A program made the position numbers and the translations under genes. Below are positions 48,461 through 61,300 of a DNA stretch of 64,000 bases, piece by piece; the stretch's first letter is position 1, and every line of letters begins with the position of its first letter. This DNA is from Zygnema circumcarinatum SAG 698-1b (Eukaryota > Plantae > Zygnematophyceae), in contig CM074821.1 in assembly GCA_037447605.1 (NCBI GenBank), positions 372,001-436,000 on the forward strand, in the 5' to 3' direction. Under the pieces are notes generated by a model that worked only from the letters and a program-made list of their open reading frames with translations, was not told the origin of the DNA and did not search any database.

Positions 48461-49826
48461 TCATGGAACTGCAATCAGAAATTCGAGATATGGGACCTTG
48501 CAGCCCTCTGGTGGGCAGTCTCCCGGAACTCGGAGCCCCTCTCTACAGTGGTTTCCATTTCTAGGTGGAGCACTGTGTATTGTGGACATACATACATCCA
48601 TGCATACATAGGAGTGCACGGCTGGAAGCTCCTTCACCTTTTTGGAAGAGATGAAGGGACTCGGAAGAGGTTGCGCCCTGCTGCTTGAGTGAGAAACAGA
48701 ATCGGTATACATGGAATCATTACAAACAAGGGCGAGCTCCATGTGCGGAAAGTGCTTCAGTGCTTCATCATTCTTATTCCCTCACTTTTCGCACTCTAAT
48801 TTTGTAAGTTTCAGCATCGTGACATGTAGAACAGTAGTGCTGTTGGGGCATTCTTGTCTTGGGGGGGCCCTCCTTTGTGGGTCCTTCGACAATAAAAGGG
48901 AAGCCGGCGCGGTGTAGGGGGAGGAAGGGAGGCCCTGCCAGCTCAGAGAGGCGCTTCTTACTACTACTGGTTATTGCAGTCTGTAAATACGATATCATTA
49001 TCAATATGAATATTAATATTCATGGAAATGGACATTAAATGGAAATGGAAATGTCAGTATTATACTGAGGTTGGTGCAAAAATTGGCGGACTTCTGATGT
49101 TTGGAGCTGCGAGATTTTTATAAGTGCAGGGTTTAAGGGTTGAAGGGATGCATGTACGGTGGGGCCGTGGCGCTAGTTAATAAGTAGGATCAGGAATTTT
49201 CTTTTTACAAACGTTGACTTGAAAGGTTTTAAAGTTTGGTGTATCCGATTTGACGAAATTAAAAAAAAAAGTTACTGAAGAACTCCACTACAAGCGTATC
49301 GCGATGTCACTGGAGAGTTGTTTTGGTGTCAAACATACGAACATCTTGTTCATCTTGCCCTACACCCTACACCCTAGACCCTACACCCTAGACCCTAGAC
49401 CCTAGACCCTAGACCCTAGACCCTAAACCCTACACTCTAGACCGTACACCCTAGACCCTACACCAGACCCTAAGCCTAGCCTGACCCCTAAATCTTTTGA
49501 TTGCTACTTCTCCCTCTTTCTTTCTATTCTTCCTCTACCTCTTCCTCTCTCGATCCCGCTACCTCTCCCTCTCCCTCGCCCTCTCCCTCACCTTCCACCT
49601 CTCCCTCTCCCGCCCTCTTCCTCTACCCATTCGGTCACTCGGTCACTCGGTCACTCTCCACTCTCACATCTCTCAATCTCGAAACAACGTTACATCCGAG
49701 CGATTGCGGCAGCGCGACATCGGCGAGGAATCCGATGGAGCCGCCCGCCTCTTGCAGCAGCAGCGCCCTGTCAGCCATGGCCGCCAATAGGCCCCTCCGC
49801 TCCGCCGAAGACACGACCAGGCCCAT
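48461..49826 (-). CDS. Candidate small unknown spliced gene
   Basis: A GC-rich exon from ATG 49826 (MGLVVSSAERRG...SRLRD|gtgaga) is phase-compatible with an exon near 48980-48790 (TAITSSKK...HYCSTCHDAETYKIRVRK|gtgagg). It has a GA-rich 5' leader and G-boxes upstream. The 3' end is unresolved and no family was recognised. Confidence 0.35.
49361..49494. repeat. Interstitial telomere-like repeat (CCCTAGA / CCCTACA / CCCTAAA)
   Basis: More than 12 7-bp units that are variants of the plant telomere repeat CCCTAAA. Confidence 0.85.
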
Positions 49827-50188
49827 CTCTCTCCCTCTGCGCTGAAGACCGCGTCGCTCTCTCTCTCGCTCCCTCCTGTCCCTCTCCCACTCCCTCTTCC
49901 TCTCAGCCCCCACCTCAGAGCTGTTGACCGCGCGCCCGCCCGCCGCCCCGTCACTCGCGCTGCGCCACGAGGAAGCAAATCGTAATGGATCTCTCACCAC
50001 GTGGTGGCATCGCAGCGGTCGATCGTGCCACGTCGGACGCAGAGCGCGGTCGAGATCGCTTTTTGGTACCACGTCAGCAGCCCGCAGGCGGGCCCGTCCG
50101 TACGGTCGGAGGGCTCCCTCGCGAGGGCGTCAAAATGTGCGCAGCTTTTGCGCCGTTTCGTTTCGTTCGCCAAGTTCGGGCAGTGAGG

Positions 50189-50681
50189 GTTGTTGTGCCT
50201 AGGCGTAGTTTTCCGCTCCTAGCTTCGTGTTATTGTGTTTTGGTCCTTTGTGACCAGTCCTTCGTGGTTCCACATTTTGCCTTTGTCCATGTACATTTGA
50301 TGGCCTCGCCATCGCGAGTTCAATGAAAGTTTCCCCCTTTTACTCTTCTACTATTGATAATTATGGCATCATCAATGAGACGAACGACTCACAATTTCCG
50401 TCGCCCTTCAGCGTTGCCTCGCTTCTACGCTTCTTCGGCGTGCTGCAGTTGTTGGTGACCGTGTTGGTGGACTTCCGCCGCTCCCTCCTCGCGACGTGCC
50501 TCACATCGGTGACCTTCGCGGCTGCTTCTAGGGCTGCGTTGTTGTGCCTAGGCGTAGTTTTCCGCTCCTAGCTTTGTTTTATTGTGTTTCGGTCCTTTGT
50601 GACCAGTCCTTCGTGGTTCCACATTTTGCCTTTATCCATGTACATTTGATGGCCTCGCCATCGCGAGTTCAATGAAAGTTT
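50189..50681. repeat. ~144-bp direct repeat x2 (50189-50332, 50538-50681), homologous to 27870-28025 (minus strand)
   Basis: The two units align directly. 50281-50314 is an exact 34-bp reverse complement of 27901-27934. Confidence 0.85.
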
Positions 50682-51202
50682 GCTCCACTCACAATTTGAT
50701 ACAGGCGTTTGATACATACGGATCTATACCTCCGCCAAATGTCTCGCGAGGTGCCTTCATCTTTGTCACGAGAGATGGCACTGAGTTTGTTTAAGAACCA
50801 GTACTTTGCACATGACTTTAACAATATGAATAATGATACGCACAGTACGTATTCTATAAAGCTATCAACTATGTTGTCGCAAGGTGTTGGTACCGGCCAT
50901 AGTCCAGATACGTCCAAGCGCGCTTTCGCTAAGGACAAAATGTTACAATAGCCGCCGGGAGATTGGTCAATCAGCGTGCGCCAACCCCGCCTTCCCGGGA
51001 CCACTTTATGCAACGTGGTGATTTTTAGGACCACGTGGCACGCTGTGATAATGCCACGCTTCGCTCTTCTTCATTCGTTCCGCTACGCGACAGTTTTATT
51101 TGTAGGTGGTACTGTACTGTAGCAGGATTTGGCTTCTTGATTTCTTCAGTTGGGCGACCGCCCGACGAACCACCCATCATCAACAAACTCAGCGCTTATA
51201 AT

Positions 51203-51337
51203 AGGGCGTGTCAGACTTAACAAAATCTTACGAACAAAAAAGTTTTGTAAGTACTCCGCCGCACCAGGATTGCGATGTCACCGAAGTACTCGTTCTGGTC
51301 TCAAACTTACGAGAATTTTTTAAGTCTGACACCCCCT
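51203..51337. mobile_element. MITE family A copy
   Basis: Runs from AGGGCGTGTCAGACTTAACAAAATCTTACG to TTAAGTCTGACACCCCCT, with AAT on both flanks. Confidence 0.8.
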
Positions 51338-51802
51338 AATACAATACAACAACACAATACTATATAGAGGGGGTCAGACTTGGCAGAACTTCGCTAATAA
51401 ACGGACGAACACGACTAGCTCTAGCTTGATAACAATAATAATGAACGAAGTTGAACCATGAAACGCACTTTTACAAGCCCCATTGAACGGCCGTACAATT
51501 TCTCCTTTCCGTTTGCCTTCAAAAAATGACCACGTTAGCGCCACAAGGCAGTGATGATCCTCAGGTCCACTTCTCAAATAAAACTTTTAACTTTCTGATT
51601 CCACCTGTTTACCTTCTGAAGTTAAACCGAACCAGCACAGCAAACCAGTAACCGCCCTTAACCGGAGATGAAACGAAGGGCATCGTTTATTTGTCTGTGT
51701 GCCGTAAAACTAAATCTAAAGCTGTTCGGTTTCACGGTACATGTTAGATAAATAATTGAAAGGTTCTCTTCCCTTCTAAAGAGACCTTACATTGTCTTCC
51801 TG

Positions 51803-52050
51803 AGACTTGACTGAACTTGACCAGACTGGACTCAGACTCAAATTGACTTTATCGACTCAGCTTGTCTTGACTCAACTTGACTTCACTAGACTTGACTTAG
51901 ACTTCAAACTGACTTTATTGACTCGGCTTGGCTCGCACTTCAAAAAGACTTTATTGACTCGACTTGTCTTGACTCAACCTGACTTGACCAGACTTGACTC
52001 AGACTCAAATTGACTTTATTGACTCGACTTGTTCTTGACCGAACTTGGCT
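51803..52050. repeat. GACTT/GACTC-based minisatellite with higher-order repeats
   Basis: Directly visible; the block ttgactttattgactcg recurs. Confidence 0.8.
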
Positions 52051-52300
52051 TGGCACGAGAATTAGCTAACTTTCGCGAACCACGAGCAGCAGGGCCCTCC
52101 CTCCAGGCCTTCCCTCCCTCCAGGCCTTCCCTCCCTCCCTCCCTCCCTCCCTCCCTCTCCACAAATTAGGTCACTGCTGGTCAATGGCTGCCTCGCGGGA
52201 GGCTCGCTCTTGGAGGGCAGCAGAGCAGGTCCCCCTCTTGCGATGGCGCCCTCGTCCTCGGCAGACAGGAAGGGGCGGAAGGAAAAAGGCTCCATCATCA

Positions 52301-55300
52301 CTAGGGGGCGCAGGTTGAGAGCTTTGGGATGCATATGTTGCTGCCCAGGCTGACGAGCTTCTTGAGAGAAACGGGTTTGCATGCGAATCCGTTCAGCTTT
52401 TTGAAGGTTTCTTTCTTGGTGAAGCATTTCTTCAGACTCGCGCACGTGTCTGTAGTGAGGACCTTGTAGGCCTTCCCCGTGCACTTTCCTGCGGCTCCCG
52501 CGTCGTCAGCTCGGAGGCACACCTGGGAGAGGCAGCAAGCTGCATCAGCATGCTGAACTGAACGCCTTTCTTTCTTGGGGATGCAGAAAGTAATGATGCG
52601 TTACAAGATGCGACATACATATCACACAAACACATACACATAGACATGTACGCATCTGGATAAGCATTCATGTCACACCTACACACACATACATAGCACA
52701 TATCACACATATACACCGTACATATCACATGACGCTATCAATGACACCTCGATGGGCAAACGATTCTTCTCAACATGCAGGAAAACACACCAGACGAGTA
52801 TGGAACACCCTGGCGATGGGAGAAGGAGAGGGCGAGACTTATGAGCAACTGTCAAAACGTGACGTGACATGCACCAGAACCATCAAGTAAAGCATAGACG
52901 CTTATTTCTTAGATCTTTAAGGTCGTTTTCGCAAAAAAAGAATTGGGGAGAAGCTGGGTAATGCCTCCTCACCTCCTGCCCGAAATTTTTGTTTTCATTC
53001 CCTCCCATGAGCAGGCGGCCGCAGTACACTCCGGGGTTCAAGTAGTAAAACTCTCTCACGTCTCCATCCATGTAAGTGTCGATGATGTCGGAGCACGACT
53101 CATTGGCGGGCACTAAATACTGCCACGTGCAGGGTCCCGGGTAGGCAAGGGGGCCGCGCTCAATGCACACCTGTAAAGGATCATAAGAAGGAAAGGAGAG
53201 CAGCTTCTTAAAACGGACCCTTATCAATATATCCTGGAAACTCTACAGTCGAATGAAGGGGTTTGACGGAGTGGTCAATACGTGAGCTGTCTCCATGAGC
53301 AAGGACATCATTGAATAAGATGCACATAAAAAGTTGTATCTCAATGCTGTCCAATTCCTGTGGAGAGACTGGAGAGAAACTTCAGAAACTGGAGAGAGTG
53401 AACACCCCATGTATTCAACCAGGACGTCGAAATAAATCGAATTTTGAAGATGCAAGTTTGTCTTGATGAGCGACTAATTGTGAGTCTAATTAGCTAATTG
53501 CGAGTGCAGGGTGCCCCCCCGCACCTGCTGAAATGGCTGCAGAGCGGAGCAGTCGAGGTCAGGGTTGGGCGAGTCGCGGCCGGCGAGCGACGAAATGTTG
53601 AACTTCTCCGCAATGGACGAGCAGCTGTCACCCTGAAGGGGAATAAGGACAGAAGTGTGAGGGGGGAGAGAGAGACAGGAGGGAGAGGAGAAGAGGGTCA
53701 GGAGGGAGGGAGGGAGGGAGGGAGGGAGCAGCTGTCATGATAGCAAAGGAACTGCAGCAAAATTGCTGGGTGTAGGCAAAGTCGAACCTCATTCACGGCA
53801 TACAGGACGGTGCAGTTGCTGAAATTCGTGACATTGACCAGCTGTCCAGCGGGCAGCACATTGCTGCAGTCAAGGCCCTGCAATCCCACGCTTTGTGTTC
53901 ACTAACTTTGGCAAGGAAACGAGACAGATAAACGGCACGAGGCTGCAGCCAATCATCACGCTCTCTCTCTCTTTCTCACTCTCTGTCTCTCTCCCTCTCT
54001 CTCCCTCGACTGTGCAGTAGGGACCAGTGGACCAGTGATGTAACCCTGAAAAGGAATTACCATGTTTTGTGCGAAAAAGGCAGTTTTGTCGACACCGTAA
54101 GTTTTCTGAACCAAATCGCATGTGACATTGAAGCCGGTTGGAACTGCAAAGTATTGAAGGTCCGAACTTGGGATGCCAACTGCACAAATTGATCAAAAAG
54201 GCTTTCTGATGAGCTCTCATGGGACGTAGATTCAGAAAGGTATTCAACACTGGCATGAAAGAATCTCAAAACAAAAAATCAAACATGACGCAGATCAAGA
54301 AAAATGACGACCTGATAGAAGTTACTTTACAAACAATGGGGTTATTGTTATTATAATGTTTCTACACGGTGAGAGTGTGAGCCTCTCTAATACACAGCCC
54401 TGCACATTCCCTGCCCCCTGCATTGAGTGCTGCAAATGGATGACGGCAGTGATGTCTCTCCATTGCCTATCCTCTAGACATCTCTCTCTTCTCTCTTCTC
54501 TCTCTCTTCTCTCTTCTCTCTTCTCTTCTCTCTCTTCTCTCTTCTCCCTTTTCTCTCTCTCTCTCTCTCGCTCTCTCTCTCATGAGCAGGCCGAGCCAAA
54601 AAGGGTGAAAGCGGAGCACCTGGAATGCAGGTGATGACACCTTCGCTGACGTCATCGCGATACCCCATTGGGCACACGCAGGAGTACGTGCCCGGAGCCG
54701 CCACGGAGTCAAGACACGTGCCGACACCGCAGGGGTTGCTCGTTGTGAATGTGCACGGAGAGGCTGCAGACCCGCCCCCTCTACCATATGTATGTGAACA
54801 ATTTTATGTAATATATGTACATAATGTCATGTATGTATGTAATAGTCAGCACAAGATGAGCCAGCAGGAGCCTCTCAGAAAACATCACTACTGCACCTCT
54901 CAATGCCTGTGTACTCCAGTTCCCACTCCCATTCCTACTCCTATTCCTACTCCAGTTCCTACTGCCACTCCTATTCCTACACCCACTCACTCCCACCACT
55001 TTCATTCATTTCCACTCCCACTACCACTTCCCCTTTCAAGTTTCCATGGGCTTTCAGTTGGACCCACGGCGGACACAAACGTGAGCAAGCTTGCTTGCTT
55101 GGGGATTTAATAAGACAGGAACCATATAGAAACGAGGTCACACTTTGACCAGTACCCATAGTAACTTGAAGCCGGCTCCATGGCCTGCCAGCTCTCTTCT
55201 TGATGCTAATTCTGGAAAGGTTTCAAGGCGTGAAGGTTTGTATGGCGAGGAGGCACCTGGAGAGCATGTTTGCGTGGAGTTGCTGTTGTTGACCGCCACA

Positions 55301-58300
55301 AAGCCTGTTTTGCAAATGCAGACATTGCCAGATCCGCTTGGTTTGCATTTGCCGCCCCCGCAAGGGTTCATGCGGCCGAGAGAAGAATCGGAATCCAAAA
55401 TCTTCTGGGAATAGCTGTTCGTGTTGCAGGGGTCGTCAGCTGCCACCCCAGTTTGAAGTGAACACTTCATAAGATAAGACAGGCGTAACTAGTTGAACAC
55501 CATCGAGGTCTGAAGGCTACATCGTCTGAATCGTAATTCGCAGCAATATGGTGAATTCGCACGTGTGAGTGAACTGATTGAACATTTAAAGCAATTACAA
55601 AAAACTTCAAATGCTCAACTGGAAAAGCTCGCAAGCCTCTGCATTTCATGTTCAATTCAATATCATTAGTTTGAGACAACAATTACTGCCCGAAAACGTG
55701 TTCAAATGTCCAAAAAAAGGTTAGCATTTCAGTACTGTACATGGTGGTTGCACGATCGGTATGAGGGCCGGCAGACTGTTTATGCCGCAAATGCCCCCTC
55801 CCCCCGTCATCTTTAAGCGCATGTACCCGCGCTCCCCCCACGTGTCGCCCCACGAGTTGCGGACGACCCAATGAGGGGGGTCGTAGGTGAGGTCGTAGCC
55901 GACCACCACCACCGTGTGGTCAACGCCGGCGGAGAAACACTCCTCGTCGTCCATGATGCCCTGCACACCGCCATGGATCGCTGACCTCAAATGCTGGGCA
56001 GCAAATGGTTTATGTAACAAGAGAGCTTTGGCCCCTCTGCCCTAACTCTCTCAGATGTGATGCTCCTGCTGGAGGCGGGTTTGCAACAGTTTAGGTACAG
56101 GGCCGGGACTTGGAAAGTCAATCCATGGCATTCGTACAATGTTTGAGTGTAGATAGAACGTATTCACTGACAATCCCATCCAAGGTACTCATAGCTCATA
56201 TTTGAGCGGGCGACACATGTTCCACACAGTTCCCCAAATGATGTGTGGCATAGCTACATTATTTTGACAATAATGTCATTTTTTCATGAAGCAACAGAAA
56301 AAGGAGGTCAAATGACAAAAGGCCACGAGAGCTTACACTCTTATAGTTGATGAAAGCGTTGCTGCTGCCTTCTACATTGACAATGGCGGGTTGTTGCTGA
56401 AGGGCCAGCAAGAGACCCATCCATCCGTTGAATTGAACTTGTTCAAAGGAGGTGATTTTAAAGACATTACTCCCCTGCAAAAAGAAGGCCTATGATGAAT
56501 GGCAGCTTTGTGCAAGCATAATAGTTGTCATACATTCTTAAGAGGCATACAGAAGAAGGAAATGCCATTGCGAAGAGTGAGCAGTGATCATGTGCGTTGA
56601 ACAAAGCCTTAGATATGCTTGAAGACTCAAATCGTTGAAGTCCTGGAACACAACCATTTCAAATAGAGTATGCCATTAATAGTAGGACCAAAGGTGTAGT
56701 TCAGGACTTCAAAATGCTTACTGTGCCAGAGGGGCAGCTGTCAGGGCCAACATAGGGGGTGATGAGACCATTGGTTGCAGCAAAATCAAGAGTTTCAGTT
56801 GGCCAGCCTGTGGAGTCGCATGTCTTGTTCTGACCACCGCAATCCAAAACCTGCGTTTCTGCGAAGCTCGGCTGCTGATCACCTCCACTTGTAATGTAAA
56901 ACGCGCTCTCAATTGCAGCGACTGGTCCAAATATCCAACACGAACCTGCAATGTGTACATTTTCCCCAGTCAACACACATACCGAAACCCCAAATTCTAT
57001 CTACAACTGATGTATAACCAAATCGCAAGGGGAGTGGGCCTACTGCACGAGTCTTGGTCCTTTATGCCCTGCACCGCTCCCCTCTTCGCCCAGTTCCAAT
57101 CGGCCGCCACCAGCCACGTGGCGGAGGCCTCCCCGGAGGGGACCACATACCCCGAACTCGCGTATCGGAAATAAGAGCTCAGGAAGGGAGAGTCGTTGGG
57201 CTGCTCCGGGGAGAGGCCGAGACCAAAGTTTGCTGCACGGGCCAAGGAGGAGGGCTGGTTTCTTTTACTATAGACGCTTTTGTGCTATCGGACGGGAGGA
57301 AAGAATGAGGAAGGGGCCTTTCCTAAGGCGAACACATGCTTATCAACCTCTGCAGATATTGGACCAGCTGAACTTCTTGATCCAAATTAAGACGTAGTTT
57401 CGCAGCAGTCTCAGTCATCGTCATTGGTAAAACAATTTGATGGAAAGAAAGTAAAGACCAGATATCCTACGAAATACTAAGACGACCAACAAGCATATAC
57501 AGTTGACAACACGTAGCTTCCCGCAGATTGGCAGGAACCTATCACTTATGCCATGGTTGCTAGTATTTTATACAATAACGTTAGCAGTAAACCGGATGTT
57601 GCGAATGAACTCGAGAGAACTTTCAATTAGTGGAACTTTCATTCAAGCAAAGCAATCCTGCCTAGCACAAGCATTATGGAGACTGCACAAGCAATACAGA
57701 ATGTAATGTAGTAGACGTTACCCAGAGGCAACGGATATTATTCTTCACACAACGTGCAGGCTCGTCTATGAGAGAAGAGAACCTACAAAAGATGCAAGTT
57801 GTATTGACGTCCACGTTGGTGTACCCTCTGTCGCATACACATGTTGGAGAGCTCTGATTGTAACACGAGCCATGGCCGCCGCAAGCACCCAAAGGCTGCG
57901 TCGCATTGCAGAAGAACAGGCACGCCGAGGTGTCTCTCTGAGAGTCTTGGGTGCATGGGAAGGAACTGTTGAAAAAGTCAAAGCAGTTCGTCGTCAGATA
58001 GTAGCAGGTCTCGTCGGTGATGGGTATCTGACTGCCATTCTGAACGATGAAGGGCGTGCCGGAGAAATAGTTGTCGGAGATGTCAATTTCCGGGTCAGTG
58101 ATAGTAGTGTTGAACTCCAAAACCACGGGGCCAATTAGCAGGTTGCTGCTCACTTTGCTGCCACAAACACCAAGCCTTGCATGTTCAATATAAGCCTCCC
58201 CAACTGCGTGAACAGCACTGCTGAAGCTGCGAAAGGGAACGAGTAATACGATTCTATACCAACAAATGTGGAGTACGTAAACCGCATACATGCAGCAATG

Positions 58301-61300
58301 TAGCTGGCTAAGTATTCAAACGAGCATCGCTACTTAGAAAGAATTTAAAAGACAAATTCTGAGAGTGCAATCAACGGTCTCTGCATTAAGAAAATTTAAT
58401 GACCTCGTGGTCACTTATGGATGATAATGAAAAGTGTATCTATCCTTTGTCAAGCGATTGGAAAAATGAATGTACTTATATATCAAGCTGCCACTGCTGC
58501 ATCACTGCCATATTGCTAATCATGCCATTGCCACGTCGTTTTTTTGATAACTATCGTGCGCAAGTAAAGGGAAAGGTGATGAGGAATTACAAGTCAGTGA
58601 GAGAAGGGAGGCCGTCCAAGTCTGGAGGTATGTTACCCGTCAACTGATTCGAGTGCAGAAATCTGCATCCAACAAAGCAAATTTAACGAAGGTTTCTAGC
58701 TTCAATATTCCTGGCATATAGACCTGTTGCTTAGCAATACGACTTTTGGTTATCTTAAGGCTTTGTGGTGCGAACGCAATAGCTGCTGCGTTGTAGCTCA
58801 CATTTTTCGCAGAACTCTTAGATTTCCAAAGATCGGAGGGATGCTGCGGGTGAGCATATTCCCATTCAGATGCCTGCAAGAAAAGAACTTAACATGCGTT
58901 AATCCACAGAATATTAAAGTTGCAATCAACTTTTCTCCAACTTTCCCGACGCTCCCAAATCTTGCAATTTTCCTCCTTTCAAATGCTACAACCTCTTAAT
59001 TCGACCTTTCAACCAATCCTGAATGTTCTGGTTACCTCGGCGTATAATTCTTCGGAAGTTAAAGGGTATTAAGCAACACCCTTACGACTTCTGCATGCCT
59101 AAGGACGAATTCGGCACATTGTCGCCAGCATTCATTTTACATTTTGCATTTTTTTCATTTCTTTTCTGTGAATGGAGGCTGACTCAAGGCAAATGGAAGC
59201 CGATGGAAGAAGATTTAGGAAGTTGTCTATAATTCATATGTGAGGCTGAGTGTCGTGGCGTACAGTTCTTCAAGAAGCGTAAGGGCTTTGAAGGATGCTG
59301 GAATTTCTCCACTCAGCACGTTGTCTGATAGTTTCCTGCCTCACACAGTTTCACCCAATGATACTTTTGAGCATTGGGTCTGCCCCATCAATCCCGCCAA
59401 GATGACACCAAGTCTATAACTTCACAAGAGGTGGCCACTTCAAAGCAAAAAGCGTTGCAAGATCATGATGAAGGGCCTTACAAGATTTTGAGGTTGCGAA
59501 GATTGCCGATTGAATCTGGGATGTTGCCAGACAACCGATTGGAGCCAAAATCCCTAACATACAGTTCAACAAAAGACAAGTTAGTTGCAACATTCGATCG
59601 CAAAGCGATGGAGCTATTATGATCAATGCCTTTATTTGCATCGTTATGTAATGTTTGAGCTTATGGTAGAGAGAAATTAGAACCTTCCAAGTGAGGTGAC
59701 TCACAGCTCTTCCAATGTCAACAAGTTGCCGATGGCCGACGATATTGAGCCACCTAACGACCAACCGCTCAAGTCGCTGTTCTCCATGACATGCACAACA
59801 CAGAATCATGTCACAACCTTATCTTGCTGCTGCCAAAATTCTAGATAAAAAGAGAATTAAAAAAATGCCAAATGGAGGTAGTCATGGAGCGGCATCAATA
59901 ATCAACGGCGACTGTCCAATGCATGCAAAATCCTTCCCCCAATTTTCGGGGATTGTGCAGCATCTGGAAGGAAGCAGAGGGCATGACATGCTGCAGGGGG
60001 AATCCCTACATGCTTCCGTCAACCTACATGTAGCAAGTAAGAGTGTACTCTCCAATCCAAAGTTGACCAGCAAATGCAAAACGACACGGACATGAAGTCG
60101 ACGAGACTAAGCGTTTGTCAATGAAGAAGGTCACACGTGGGCAATGTGCTGCTAGATCAATCTGTCTTTTGAGACATTCGAATGGCTCCCAAAAAAGCAG
60201 ACAAGTAGTCCCCCTCTATGAAGATGGCCAATGGAAATGATATCAATGAATCCTGAATCCTTTCCTGTACTGTCACCTCCAAGTTTAGACTCGATCATTT
60301 CAAATGAGGCGAGGGGCAAAAAGTTACAGCTTTACGACTTGATTGCTGTCCGAACAATATACGCCATTCCAAAAACAAATTGCCCGAGTTGTACGCCAGT
60401 TTGCCAAGAGTAGGCGAGGGTCAACGATTTCTTTTTTGATCTGCAAGAGCCAAAAGTCTAAGCACACAAAAAACCGAATAACATGGTTCAATCATTAGAG
60501 GCCTATAATATCAGAGAAATGCCTGAAATAGACCAACGTACTAGTTGTCTAGCCCATGAAATCTCTTTCCAAATTAATTCAAAGAATGTCATATGCTTTT
60601 ATGATAAAGAGATAGATTAGGTCAGTCTCCATGATATTGTAGAAGGTAAATAGGTGCATGCCTGCGAATTATAAAAGTTGATCCGTTGCCTTCAGCTACA
60701 ACTATTAACAATATGTTCTAGTTTGCAGAATGGATAACCCGAGAAAGAGCAAGATTCTCAACAACTGTATGATACAGTATGACATCCTCATGCAGAGTTG
60801 CCCAAGAAATGCATACGTCAAAACTTCAAAATTGAAAACGACTCAATTGACATAAAATCAAATGAATGTGGGTAAGGATGGAATTGAACACGGAGGAAGG
60901 GAAAGTTTCACCCATATGAAGCTATAAGGGCGAAAGGGGGGTTCACAAGCATGCCATGTGAAATTAGTTTACTGCACCTGAAGTAGGAGGTGGCGGGGCT
61001 ATCGGTGGAGGGGGAAAGCTTGGAGGCAGACAAGGTTCGCCTGACGTTGATTGAGGTGAAGGTGAGGGTGAAGGTGAAGGAGAATCCATGCAAGGGTAAG
61101 GCGTGAGTGGCCCGTAGGGTGGACTAGGGGGAGATGGTAGCGGTAATAATCCAGTCGGGGCTGGGGCTGGGGCTGAGACTGGAGGTGGGGCTAATGATGG
61201 TGGCAATGGCAATGGTGGCGGTTGCAATGTAGGAGGATATGGTGGTGGTTGGGGCGGTGATGGTGAAGGACTCGGAGGAGGTGATCGTGGAGGAGGCGAT

